Positions 42,601-52,300 of a stretch of DNA of 64,000 nt are shown piece by piece. The stretch comes from an uncultured Acidobacteriota bacterium (GTDB lineage: Bacteria > Acidobacteriota > Blastocatellia > RBC074), in contig CAWCKY010000006.1 of NCBI GenBank assembly GCA_963796275.1, positions 2,144,001 through 2,208,000 on the forward strand, given 5' to 3'. Positions within the stretch are counted from its first letter, which is position 1. Every line of letters begins with the position of its first letter. The position numbers and the translations under genes are program-made. The notes under the pieces were generated by a model that was not told where the DNA came from, did no database searches, and saw nothing but the letters and a program-made list of their open reading frames with translations.

Positions 42601-42978
42601 CGCTTCGATCGTGACTGCTTCATTGACCTGCCCGGCTGTGAGCGCGACATCGACTCTACGTTCGTCTCCGACACGTAGTATCAGGTCAGACTGCTCGCCC
42701 GTCTTGAATCCCGATGATTCCACTTTGAGCGAGTATTTTCCGGCGGAAAGCAATGCCACGCGATAATCACCATTACTGTCGGTCGCGACAGTGCGAGAGA
42801 GACTAGTTTCGCTGGACGTGACGATTATCCTCGCCCCCGAGATCGCAGCTCCAGCCTGATCCGAGACTTTCCCCAGCAGGGTTGCATGATATCCCTGCGC
42901 GTACGCGCCACCACTAATAATTTGCAAGGCTATAAAGGCTAAAGTAGTTATGAGTGTGAATATGAAATGTTTTTTCAT
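39664..42978 (-). CDS. Oar-type TonB-dependent receptor
   Basis: Signal peptide, LPLNGR, NAEYGRFSG.IVNLVTKSGTN.WHG, YAQDEWRV, EFFNLFNHPNF, PRVVQFVAKVRF. Confidence 0.93.
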   Translation of the reverse strand: MKKHFIFTLITTLAFIALQIISGGAYAQGYHATLLGKVSDQAGAAISGARIIVTSSETSLSRTVATDSNGDYRVALLSAGKYSLKVESSGFKTGEQSDLILRVGDERRVDVALTAGQVNEAVTIEAPITDSALSTLSSVVPSERVNALPLNGRQLQELALTAPGVTASGGYRSSAFNQFGLATPTDGNGGAFNVNGAPSRANGFFLDGVDINVPEQGVIAFPPLIEATREFQIQTSLFNAEYGRFSGSIVNLVTKSGTNAWHGTVYEYFRNDALDSNDFFNNANGLPRTVLKLNQFGVSIGGPLRRNGHFIFGNWEANKLRQGTGPFASNVPTAAQRSGVLNYNSITDPNGEPAAPATLNLAGRIAPISRAVLDGFIPLPNASIAGANYIANGIQKMDEDAFTIRTDHRITDRDQVSVRYLYDDQRQFYPFDIFFISSSLPAFPFPNPERRQSVSVAHTRLIGGNFTNELRFGLNRQRNPIPSGTTIDPATIGLPNGVVQNEFGRGLPIIRVPGFGGTGGQPLTDNLGASTTGRTMYQFMDNLSWNRGRHGFKFGGEVSRSHTNQSQYRDLRGSLTFSGARNGEINPAVPGNAAIAALADFLLGLPALISISSSNPSRGFRTMAFIGYAQDEWRVNDRLTLNLGLRYEIDTPITEVNGLLSNLLPGLGNFVVGSPELPRLHNIDKNNFAPRAGFAYRLADDGKWTVRGGAGIYHDNGTFQDRFRTARSNAPFAITNIRNQSGSARTPLDFPLDSTPTQTFLSLLGSGAATGAGAIDVNYRTPYAIQYNVNVQHELGKNLLAEVAYVGRRGMNASRTVNINQIVAVNSPAATQFGMAVGSRPFNNPSLPAGARFSNDVISQQFNGQAIYHSMQTRLERRLSNGASFLAAYTWSRSIDDVSGIGTGADDLAQDSYNLAAQRGLSNFDVPHKLVFSSTWALPFGRDRRFNGAPAIVRALVSDWQINGILTYQSGQPFSVTVGALDPLTGTSNRRLNQISDPKENVPAGFAFNPAAFAAPPSGQLGSVGRNTLRADNFFNTDFALLRNLKFTPFGEAGAIEFRAEFFNLFNHPNFTLPVSSRSNDTFGRYVSNSTAPRVVQFVAKVRF

Positions 42979-43521
42979 GAGTAGACAGATAAGAAATGAG
43001 GATTAACCACGAAAACACAAAAAAGAGATACAACCATATATCTAAGTGTCTTTTGTCTACTTTACCAGTACGGGCATGTTCTGAGCCAGGTTTCAATAAA
43101 ATGAGATTTCGTTTCAAGCTCGAATGGGCGCGGCATCGGTGTGGCGGGAACTCTTTTATCTCTTGGAGGCGGTATAATTGATGACCTACGCCAATCCGAG
43201 GGCGCGTAGCCAATATACGTATACGGCGTTCGGGACTTGCGATATCCGCGCGTGATCCAGTGCCGGACTGAAGCTGAATTTCTAGGCCGAGAAGTTGTAT
43301 CCCTTACAATGTTCAAGAAAAATAAATCAAAAAAAATAAATGGATATCTTTTTACTTATCCGATCTTTGTTGATTTGTGAATGTTGTCAACTGAACCATC
43401 GGAAATAATCCTACGAAAGCGCCGTCGTTCTTGCGGCGCGGCGTCCAGATCGATAGACTGCGAAGACAAAATAACCAAAAAGTAACCGAATACTTGGAAG
43501 CAGAGACTTTCTGGAGAATCA

Positions 43522-44799
43522 ATGAAAATCAAACGAAGCACACTTATCTTCATAGGATTGATCGCCTCAGGGCTGTTCATCGCCGTCTATAGTCAAACCC
43601 AGAACCCCGTGGAGTTTTCCACGCCGCCGGGAAGCGGCAAACGGATCGTATTAACCTCGAAGGGGTTGCCCAAACCATTCGCTTCAGAATCCGTTCGCAA
43701 TGGTCCAAAAATTATTCCCCAACCATCGGGCGCGAGGTTGGAACTTCCGCCGGGCTTCGAACTTTCGGTATTCAGTGAAGGTGGGTACAACAATCCGCGC
43801 TGGATAAAAGAAGGACCGAACGGCGACCTTTTTCTGGCTGATGAGCGGGAAAAGACGATCTATCTTTTGCGCGATGCCAATAAGGACGGCAAGATCGACA
43901 ATGAGACCGAACGATTCACTTTCGCCACGGGTCTGGATCGGCCCTTCGGCATGGCCGTACAGAAAATCGGGGCTCAAACGTGGTTCTACGTCGGAAATAC
44001 CGGTTCTGTCGTTCGATTCAAATATACGCCGGGAGAGACAAAGGTCGAGGGAGAAGCCGAGAAACTGTTAGAGGTTCCCATCGGCGGACACTGGACGCGC
44101 GATATTCTATTCAGCCGAGACGGCAAAAAAATGTATGTTTCCGTCGGGTCAGAGTCGAACGTGAATGAAGGCGAAGATCCGCGCCGGGCAGCGATCAATG
44201 AATATAACCCGGATGGTTCGGGGCACCGTATCTTCGCGTCGGGCATTCGCAATCCGGTCGGGTTGGCCTGGAATCCCGCGAATGGTCAGCTCTGGACAGC
44301 CGTCAATGAACGCGATCTGCTCGGTGACGATCTCGTTCCCGAATACGCCACCTCGGTGAAAGACGGCGGTTTTTATGGATGGCCGGATTCGTACATGGGC
44401 CAGAACGCGGATCCGCGGGTTAAGAACCCGCGCAAGGAATTGGTGGCAAGAGCTCTCGTTCCTGATGTCCTCATCGAACCGCACTCGGCGGCGCTCGGCA
44501 TCGTCTTTTACACGGGGAAAATGTTCCCCAAAGAATACCAGGGGGACGCCTTCGTCGCGCTTCATGGATCCTGGAATCGTTCGAGACGCAGCGGCTACAA
44601 AGTCATTCGCATCCCCTTCGCAAATGGAAAACCTGAAGGCGGCTATGAAAACTTTCTGATGGGATGGGTTCCTGATGAAACCGGTGCAAGTGTGTGGGGC
44701 CGACCCGTCGGCGTCACAATGATTCGCGATGGATCCCTGCTGGTCGTCGATGACGGCGGTAAAAAGATCTGGCGTGTGGCCTATTCCGGGAAGAAATAG
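43522..44799 (+). CDS. Sorbosone/PQQ-dependent sugar dehydrogenase family protein (exported)
   Basis: LPPGF, GLDRPFGM, HWTRDI, YVSVGS.SN, ASGIRNPVGL, VNERDLLGDDLVPEY, ALHGSWNRS, GRPVGV. Confidence 0.9.
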   Translation: MKIKRSTLIFIGLIASGLFIAVYSQTQNPVEFSTPPGSGKRIVLTSKGLPKPFASESVRNGPKIIPQPSGARLELPPGFELSVFSEGGYNNPRWIKEGPNGDLFLADEREKTIYLLRDANKDGKIDNETERFTFATGLDRPFGMAVQKIGAQTWFYVGNTGSVVRFKYTPGETKVEGEAEKLLEVPIGGHWTRDILFSRDGKKMYVSVGSESNVNEGEDPRRAAINEYNPDGSGHRIFASGIRNPVGLAWNPANGQLWTAVNERDLLGDDLVPEYATSVKDGGFYGWPDSYMGQNADPRVKNPRKELVARALVPDVLIEPHSAALGIVFYTGKMFPKEYQGDAFVALHGSWNRSRRSGYKVIRIPFANGKPEGGYENFLMGWVPDETGASVWGRPVGVTMIRDGSLLVVDDGGKKIWRVAYSGKK

Positions 44800-45006
44800 A
44801 CTGACGCTAACAATGCAAGCGAGCTTATCCGTGGTGGGCAACCAGAAATGCGCAGTCCTGTCGCCTGGATGGGGCCGGTGACTTCGTAATGGTTGTCCAC
44901 TCACTGCCGATGGTAGTGGTCTGTATTGTTAGCCGGAATAGTACGCGAGCCGTTTGAGTCGATATTGGTGGAACGCCGCGGAAAGTGTAACTTCCCAACC
45001 TGCTAC

Positions 45007-45582
45007 CTATTGACTGTCAGGCTGTACCGCCAGGGAAATGGCATCTTTTAATACCTTTCTGCCATCTCTCTCATCATAACCGACAACTCGCTTGATCATT
45101 GTCCCATTCGAATGAAAGACAAAGGTTTGCGGAATGCTGATTGCCGTTTCAGCCCGATTGAAAAAGTAATATAGCGAGAGTGGAGTGAAAGCCACTTCGT
45201 AGTCGATCGAAAATTCGCTCATAAAATCTTTGACCGCTTTGACGTTCTTATGGTCTTCGTAGGTCAACCCTAGAACGATCAGACCGTCCTTCTTATATTC
45301 TCGAGCGAGATCGACAAGGTGCGGAATTTCCTGGCGACACGGACCACACCAGGTTGCCCAGATATTCAGGACGACCGGTTTGCCCTCACCGAGCAGCGTA
45401 TTGAGGTCGGTGCGTTTGCCATCCAGGGTTCTAATCTTAATATTCTTCGCACGAAGACCATCTAATGATGGTGATACTGATATCGGTGAAATTCTTTGCG
45501 GGAAGGTAAAGGGGCTCAGTGAAAATGCGATAACGATCGCAAGTAAACCCCCTTTCAAACCTGCGGCTGAGGCTAATTTCAT
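45007..45582 (-). CDS. TlpA-type thiol-disulfide reductase
   Basis: GKPVVLNIWATWCGPCRQEIPHL, cis-Pro motif IPQTF, N-terminal anchor. Start chosen at ATG 45582. Confidence 0.9.
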   Translation of the reverse strand: MKLASAAGLKGGLLAIVIAFSLSPFTFPQRISPISVSPSLDGLRAKNIKIRTLDGKRTDLNTLLGEGKPVVLNIWATWCGPCRQEIPHLVDLAREYKKDGLIVLGLTYEDHKNVKAVKDFMSEFSIDYEVAFTPLSLYYFFNRAETAISIPQTFVFHSNGTMIKRVVGYDERDGRKVLKDAISLAVQPDSQ

Positions 45583-45840
45583 TCGGGTTCGCCTTTCGTT
45601 AACCGAAAATTTGCCGGTACGACTTTTCTTTCCGCTCGACCTTTTGGCCAAGTTGAGTGCGGGCAATTATACAAAACATTTTTAAAACTTGAACCACAAC
45701 ATCGAGTACATCGGGAATTAACTCGATCGCGGCGAATATTTGCGTCGATTCGTTCTGCCGTTGCTTCATATAAAAATCTATTTGAAAGAAGTTCTATTGC
45801 AAGTTCATGGATGCAGGCTTAGGATCGCGGCAAGCCGAGC

Positions 45841-46011
45841 TTCCGGGGGGACGAGCGCAACCGCGCTATTCGCTGTACACGATGGAAGTCTGTGGCGACA
45901 GAGAACCAACCTTGGAAACTGTACGACATTGAAGCCGACCGCAGCGAAATGAACAACCTGGCGACGAATCATCCCGAGAAGGTGAAAGCGTTGTTCAAAT
46001 GGGCTGTGTGA
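45841..46011 (+). pseudogene. Remnant C-terminus of an arylsulfatase gene
   Basis: Not in the ORF track. The frame reads FRGDERNRAIRCTRWKSV...PWKLYDIEADRSEMNNLATNHPEKVKAL, like the sulfatase tail GNRAVR.G.WKLV...WELYDL..DR.E..DLA..HPE.VKEL. No start codon. Confidence 0.7.
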
Positions 46012-46063
46012 GCGTGCGCTATTTGCTGCCGCTGGACGCGTGGCGGGCAGCGGAGAGGCGGCG

Positions 46064-47407
46064 ATGAAATCATTATGGCAAATCGTAGTTGTCGCGGCGC
46101 TGATTGCCGCCAGTGACACAGGCGTTGGCGCATTAAAGAGCCCGAGCGGCGCGGCCTCTCCGCCGAACATCGTTATGATCGTTTCGGACGATCACGGCTG
46201 GACGGATTATGGGTTCATGGGACATCCGCACATAAAGACGCCGAACCTGGATAAGCTGGCATCGCAGTCGCTGACCTTCACGCGCGGTTATGTGCCGACA
46301 GCGCTCTGTTCGCCCAGCCTGGCGTCTCTCATCACCGGGCGATATCCACATGAGCATCTCATCACCTACAACGATCCGCCGGCACCCCCGGGCGGCAAGC
46401 AAGGCGATTGGCGAAACCGGCCCGAATATGTTGCCGCGTGGAACGAGATGCGCTCCTTCATCACGCGCTTTCCAACTCTCCCACGATTATTGCGACAGAA
46501 GGGTTATCTCAGCCTGCAAACCGGCAAGTGGTGGCTGGGGGATTACGCGAACGGCGGCTTCACCGACGGGATGAGCCACGGCGATAAGGAGCGTGGCGGG
46601 CGTCACGGTGATATCGGGCTGGATATCGGGCGGAAGACGATGCAGCCGATCTACGATTTCATCGGCAAAGCGCGCCGGGAGCAGAAGCCTTTCTTCGTCT
46701 GGTACGCGCCTATACTGCCGCACAGCCCTCACAACGCGCCCCAGCATCTGATAGAGAAATATAAAGGCAAGGCGCCGAGTGTGCAGCACGCACGGTATTG
46801 GGCGAACGTAGAATGGTTCGACGAAACCTGCGGGCAGTTGCTCGATCACATCGACCGGGCAGGGATGGCGGAAAACACCATCGTCATTTATGTGACCGAC
46901 AACGGTTGGGTGCAGGGGCCAGACGCCGATGCTCAGAGTCTGCGTTCCAAGCGGACACCGTATGAAGCCGGAGTGCGCACTCCGATCATGATCCGCTGGC
47001 CGGGCAAGGTGAAGCCTGGCAGATCGGCCAGGCTGGCGACATCACTCGATATATTACCGACAGCGCTCGCCGCCGCCGGAGTGAAGCCTCAGGCCCGATT
47101 GCCCGGCATCAATCTACTCGATGCGAAGTCCGTCAGTTCGCGCACCACGATTTATGGGGCGTGCTTCACGCATGACGCGGTGGATCTGCGCGACCCTTCG
47201 GCCAATGTGTTATCGCGCTGGGTGATTGAGGGTGACTGGAAACTGATCGCCCCGGTCGCGGGCAGGGAAGGCGAGGATGTTCCGCCGAACAGGCTTCAGC
47301 TATACAACGTGGTAGATGATCCGATGGAAAGCAGTAACTTGACAGATAAAGAAGCATCGCGCGTCGAAGCATTACGGCGAAAACTGGACACTTGGTGGAA
47401 GCCGTAA
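46064..47407 (+). CDS. Secreted S1 (formylglycine-type) sulfatase with variant CSPSL motif
   Basis: PNIVMIVSDDHG, KTPNLDKLA, LCSPSLASLITGRYP, TGKWW, PHSPH, TDNG, YEAGVRTP. Confidence 0.9.
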   Translation: MKSLWQIVVVAALIAASDTGVGALKSPSGAASPPNIVMIVSDDHGWTDYGFMGHPHIKTPNLDKLASQSLTFTRGYVPTALCSPSLASLITGRYPHEHLITYNDPPAPPGGKQGDWRNRPEYVAAWNEMRSFITRFPTLPRLLRQKGYLSLQTGKWWLGDYANGGFTDGMSHGDKERGGRHGDIGLDIGRKTMQPIYDFIGKARREQKPFFVWYAPILPHSPHNAPQHLIEKYKGKAPSVQHARYWANVEWFDETCGQLLDHIDRAGMAENTIVIYVTDNGWVQGPDADAQSLRSKRTPYEAGVRTPIMIRWPGKVKPGRSARLATSLDILPTALAAAGVKPQARLPGINLLDAKSVSSRTTIYGACFTHDAVDLRDPSANVLSRWVIEGDWKLIAPVAGREGEDVPPNRLQLYNVVDDPMESSNLTDKEASRVEALRRKLDTWWKP

Positions 47408-47590
47408 ATTCACGCTCGAATCGGAGCAGCACCGATCTTGGCGGTACGTTGAATGGGGAGGCGGCGGTGCGATGCTCTTCGACCGCGCCAACAACCCACA
47501 CGAGCAAGACAGTTGCAAAGATGAAAAGAGTTGCTTAAGCGGTTGAACTATACGGTCTAAAAAGACATCTCTATCTCCGGAACGAAAACC

Positions 47591-49243
47591 ATGAGCATTC
47601 AGCGCGTTCTATTCACTATTTTCTCGCTTATCCTGATATGGCAGTCGCCCGCCGGTAGGGCGCAACGAAGTCCTGCGCGGCCCAACATCCTCTTCTGTTT
47701 CGCCGATGACTGGGGGCGTTATGCCAGCATCTATGCGACGCTGGACAGGCAGCCTTCGCTCAATCAGATCGTCAAAACGCCTAATATCGATCGGATTGCG
47801 CGCGAGGGCGTGCTCTTTCGGCGCGCCTTCGTCAATGCGCCGTCGTGCACGCCGAGCCGCAGTTCGCTGCTATCAGGGCGCTACTTCTTCAACACGGGAC
47901 GCGGCGCGATTTTGCAAACGGCCGAATGGGATTCTTCCATTCCCAGCTACCCTCATTTATTGCGCGACGCCGGTTATCACATCGGAGAGACGTACAAGGT
48001 TTGGAGTCCCGGCGCGCCGGTGGATGCGCCGTTCGGTGCGGGAAAGCACGCGTATGAGAAATCTGGCAATTTACCGAATAATTTCTCGGAGAACGTGACG
48101 AAGATGATGGACGAGGGCCAGACGCTCGAAGCGGCGCGCGCAAATATCTACGATCAGGTGCGCGGCAACTTCGCCGCATTTCTGGCCGATCGCAAAGCGG
48201 AGCAGCCATGGCATTACTGGTTCGGCGCGACGACGACGCATCGTCGCTGGATCAAAGGCTCGGGCAAAAAATTGTGGGGGATCGAACCCGACGATTTGAA
48301 AGGGAAGTTGCCGCCCTTCCTGCCAGACGTGCCCGAAGTGCGCGAAGATGTCGCCGATTACCTGGGCGAAGTGCAGGCATGGGATGCCTACGTCGGATTG
48401 CTACTGAAAAAACTGGAAGAGGCCGGAGAACTGGAGAATACATTGATCGTTGTCAGCGGCGACCACGGTATGCCCGGCGTGACGAATGGCAAATGCAACC
48501 TCTATGACTTTGGCACGAATGTGGCGATGGTGGCACGCCTGCCCAAGGGAATGGGCGGCAAGAGCGGGCGCGTCGTCGATGATCTGATCAGTCTGGTCGA
48601 TCTTGCTCCCACGTTTTTAGAAGCGGCGGGAGTAACCGTACCCGCAGGAATGAACGCGCGCAGCTTCCTCGACGTGCTGAGGTCGGATAAAAACGGTCAG
48701 GTGGATGCCAGCCGCAACTGGGTGATCAGCGGGCGTGAACGCCATGTGGCATTCGCCAACGAAAACAATCTACCGTACCCGCAACGCGCGCTGCGCACTC
48801 GGGAATTTCTCTACATCCGCAACTTCGCGCCGGAACGCTGGCCGCTCGGCACACCCTCTCGAGTCACGGAGACGAGCGCTCCCGGGCAGGATGAACTGGA
48901 GAGCGAGACATACGCCGCCTTTGCCGATATGGATGCCGGCCCGACCAAGGCCTGGCTGGTGCTGCATCGCGGCGACGCACAGTGGAAGCGTTTTTACGAA
49001 ATCGCTTTTGCCCGTCGGCCAGCCGAAGAGCTGTATGACTTAATCAAGGATCCGCATCAGCTCAAAAATGTCGCCGCCGATCCCGCTTACGCGAAAGATC
49101 GCGCGAGACTTCAGGCGCAGTTGATGAAGATTCTGACCGATGCCGGTGACCCGCGCGTGACGGGTGACGGAAAGACGTTCGAACGCCCGCCGTTTACCAA
49201 TCCGAGTCCGCAAGAAAAACAAAGAAGGCCGAATAGCCACTGA
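47591..49243 (+). CDS. Secreted S1 sulfatase (N-sulfoglucosamine sulfohydrolase-like)
   Basis: RPNILFCFADDWG, SCTPSRSSLLSG, SGDHGMP, KCNLYDFGT, GRERH, RPAEELYDL.KDP.QL.N. Confidence 0.92.
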   Translation: MSIQRVLFTIFSLILIWQSPAGRAQRSPARPNILFCFADDWGRYASIYATLDRQPSLNQIVKTPNIDRIAREGVLFRRAFVNAPSCTPSRSSLLSGRYFFNTGRGAILQTAEWDSSIPSYPHLLRDAGYHIGETYKVWSPGAPVDAPFGAGKHAYEKSGNLPNNFSENVTKMMDEGQTLEAARANIYDQVRGNFAAFLADRKAEQPWHYWFGATTTHRRWIKGSGKKLWGIEPDDLKGKLPPFLPDVPEVREDVADYLGEVQAWDAYVGLLLKKLEEAGELENTLIVVSGDHGMPGVTNGKCNLYDFGTNVAMVARLPKGMGGKSGRVVDDLISLVDLAPTFLEAAGVTVPAGMNARSFLDVLRSDKNGQVDASRNWVISGRERHVAFANENNLPYPQRALRTREFLYIRNFAPERWPLGTPSRVTETSAPGQDELESETYAAFADMDAGPTKAWLVLHRGDAQWKRFYEIAFARRPAEELYDLIKDPHQLKNVAADPAYAKDRARLQAQLMKILTDAGDPRVTGDGKTFERPPFTNPSPQEKQRRPNSH

Positions 49244-49358
49244 TAATCCGGCAAAGGGTGACAGGTGCGAAATAGGGCAAACGAAGCAAATAGGTTTTTG
49301 TTCGGTTTGTCGTTTTGCCTTGTTGGTTCCCTGTTAGCTTTAAGAATAGAGGCAAGAC

Positions 49359-52300
49359 ATGGCACGAAATAAACGCTCAACCCTGTTCATTTTATTGCTC
49401 TTTGCGATCGCCAGCCCAGATCTTTCGATGGCACAATCGCCGCAAGCGACGATCTCCGGCATCGTCACCGACACGACCGGAGCAGTTGTTCCCGGCGTTC
49501 AAGTGATAGCGATCAATCCCGCCACGACACAGCGCACGACTGCGGTGACCAACGATCGGGGATTTTTCGTCCTGACGCAGCTTCCTATCGGAGATCACAC
49601 AATCGAGGCGGAAAAGACCGGTTTCAAGAAATTCGTGCGGCAGGGATTGACTCTGACCACGGGCGCGACGCTCCCGCTCGATATTCAGCTCGAAATCGGC
49701 TCCGCCACTGATACGGTAACGATCACCGGCGAAACTCCGTTGTTGCAAACGCGAACCTCCGATGTAAGCACATTGATCGAATCGAAGACCGTGCAGGATT
49801 TGCCGCTCGGCGACCGGCGCACGCTCAATATCATCAAGTTGACGGGAGCGGCAGTCTTCGTCAATTACGACAGCGGCGCCAAGCCGAACTTCTCGCTCGC
49901 CGGCGGACGCACGCAATCGCAGATGTTCTGGATTGACGGCGGATCGGGCCAGAACATGCGTCTGGGCATCGGGCAGGTGGACATTGACCCACCGGTCGAG
50001 ACCGTGCAGGAGGTCAAGGTGCTTTCGAACAATTACGCGGCGGAATACGGCGGTTCGGCGGGCGGCGTGATCATCGCCACGACCAAATCGGGCGGTAATC
50101 AATTTCACGGCTCGTTGTTCGAGTATCTGCGGAATGATGCGCTGGACGCGGTCAATTTCTTCGCGCCGGTAATGAATGGCGAGAGACAGAAGGCGCCGCT
50201 GCGTTACAACGTATTTGGCGGCACGCTCGGCGGCCCCGTCTGGCTGCCCAAGAAAGTCTTCGGTCCCGCCGGCTACGATGGCCACAACAAGACATTTTTC
50301 TTCTTCGCATATGAAGGCACACGCCGGCTGGAGGGGCTTACGCGCACGATGACGGTTCCGACGCTGCTGCAACGGCAGGGCGATTTTTCCGAGATGCTTG
50401 GTGCCCTGCAATGCGCCAACGCGGCGGGCGCCACAGGCAATTGCGGCGGTGCGTTTACCTCGCCATATTTCGTCTCCGACACCGAGGGGAATCGCGTGCA
50501 GGGCCGCGCCGGAATGATCTTCGATCCGGCAACCAATCGCGGGGAAGGTGGGCGTACCGTCCGCACGCAATTCGCCGGAAACAAAATTCCGTCGGATCGC
50601 CTAGACCAGGTGGCGTTGAATCTTCTCGAATTTTATCCGATTCCCAGTCAGGCGCCGTCCGGTGTGACGGGCGCTAATAATTTCAGTGGGAACTACCAGC
50701 AGATTCTTGGGCGCAACAACTACACGGTGAAGCTGGATCACAACTTCACCGAACGCGATCGCCTCAACTTCCGCTATCTCTACAACAGCGACGATCGCAA
50801 TTTCACGACTGTCTTTCCGAACATAGTGGCAGAGACCAACACGCGCGCGCTGCGCCACCAGAACTATTTTTACTGGGGCTACACGCGGACGTTCAGTCCG
50901 ACGGTCATCAACGAATTGCGCTACACTTACAGCAATCGCATCAATCACGAGCAATCATTCGGGCTGGGCGAATCCTGGGCGACGCGGCTCGGGGTGAATG
51001 GTGTTCCCGACGGCGCCTTTCCGCGGATCAACGTCGCGGGCGTGACGTCGCTCGGAGCTGCAATGCACGAGCGAGCGCAGCTCCCCATTCAACAACATCA
51101 ATTCGTCAACAACCTCTCGGTCACGCGCGGGCGCCACTCGCTGAAGATGGGCGTGGAGTTCCGCGAATCGCTCAATTACGAGACCAACCGCACATCGATC
51201 GCGGGGCAGTTCAACTTCACCACCTTGCTGACTGGACAGCCGGGCAACGCCGCGACGGGCATCGGCCTGGCGAGTTTTCTGCTCGGTTATCCGAATGGCG
51301 TGACTTTTCGCGAGACCGAGGCGTTGGATCGCTACAGCTGGTATCTGGCGGGATTTTTCCAGGACGACTGGACGATCAATCAATCGCTGACGCTCAATTT
51401 CGGCTTGCGCTGGGAGACCGACACGCCGATCACCGATCGCGACAACCGCATGAACAGCTTCGATCCGCGGGCGATCAACCCAGTTTCGGGGACACGAGGC
51501 GTCGTCAAATTCGCCGGGCAGGAAGGCTGGCCAGCGCAGCCGTACGAGACCGACTGGAACAACTTCGGACCGCGCCTCGGCTTCGCGTGGCGCCCATTCG
51601 GACGGCAAAGGACCGTCATTCGCGGCGGCGCAGGCATCTTCTTTGCGCATCCGTTCGATCGCGGCGCGCCCAATTCTGCTTCACTCGGCTTTGAAAGTTC
51701 GGCCAGCATAAACACGCAGGACAACGGACTGACTGCTCCCTTCCTGCTGCGTGAAGGCGTACCGGAGTTGTCCTTGAGCGGCGCGGAACGTAATGACAGT
51801 TTGGGGGCGGTGCGCGTCGGGCAGGCAGCGACGACGGCGGTGACTTTCTTCGAGCAGGATCGCCGCACGGGATATTCCGGGCAATTCAATCTCAACATTC
51901 AACAGGAGCTGCCGGGGCAGATCATCTTCGAGGCCGGATACCTCGGCAATCTGTCGCGCAAGCTGGCGAGCGCCAACATCACCATCAATCAGATCACGCC
52001 GGAGCGTCTGGCCGAGATCGCTGCCCGGCCAGATGCTGCGCAGCGCGTCGGCCGCCAGATCGATCGCCCCTACCCGCAGTTCTCCGGCGTCTCACTGGTT
52101 GCGCCTGCATTCGGCATCTCGAACTATCACGCTCTCGTGTTGCGCGCGGAGAAACGATTCGCGGCCGGGTTCAATTTCCTGACTACCTACACCTGGTCGA
52201 AATTTTTGAACAACACCGACGATGGCGGCGCCGCACTGGGCGACGATCCTTCATACTCGAACTATTATGACCGCGGTTCCGATTACGGCCCATCGGGCAA

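Noticed and set aside
42979-43350. Cobalamin or other riboswitch in the leader of the TBDR-radical SAM operon
   Set aside because: I could not find the conserved B12-box or other recognisable riboswitch motifs on the minus strand.
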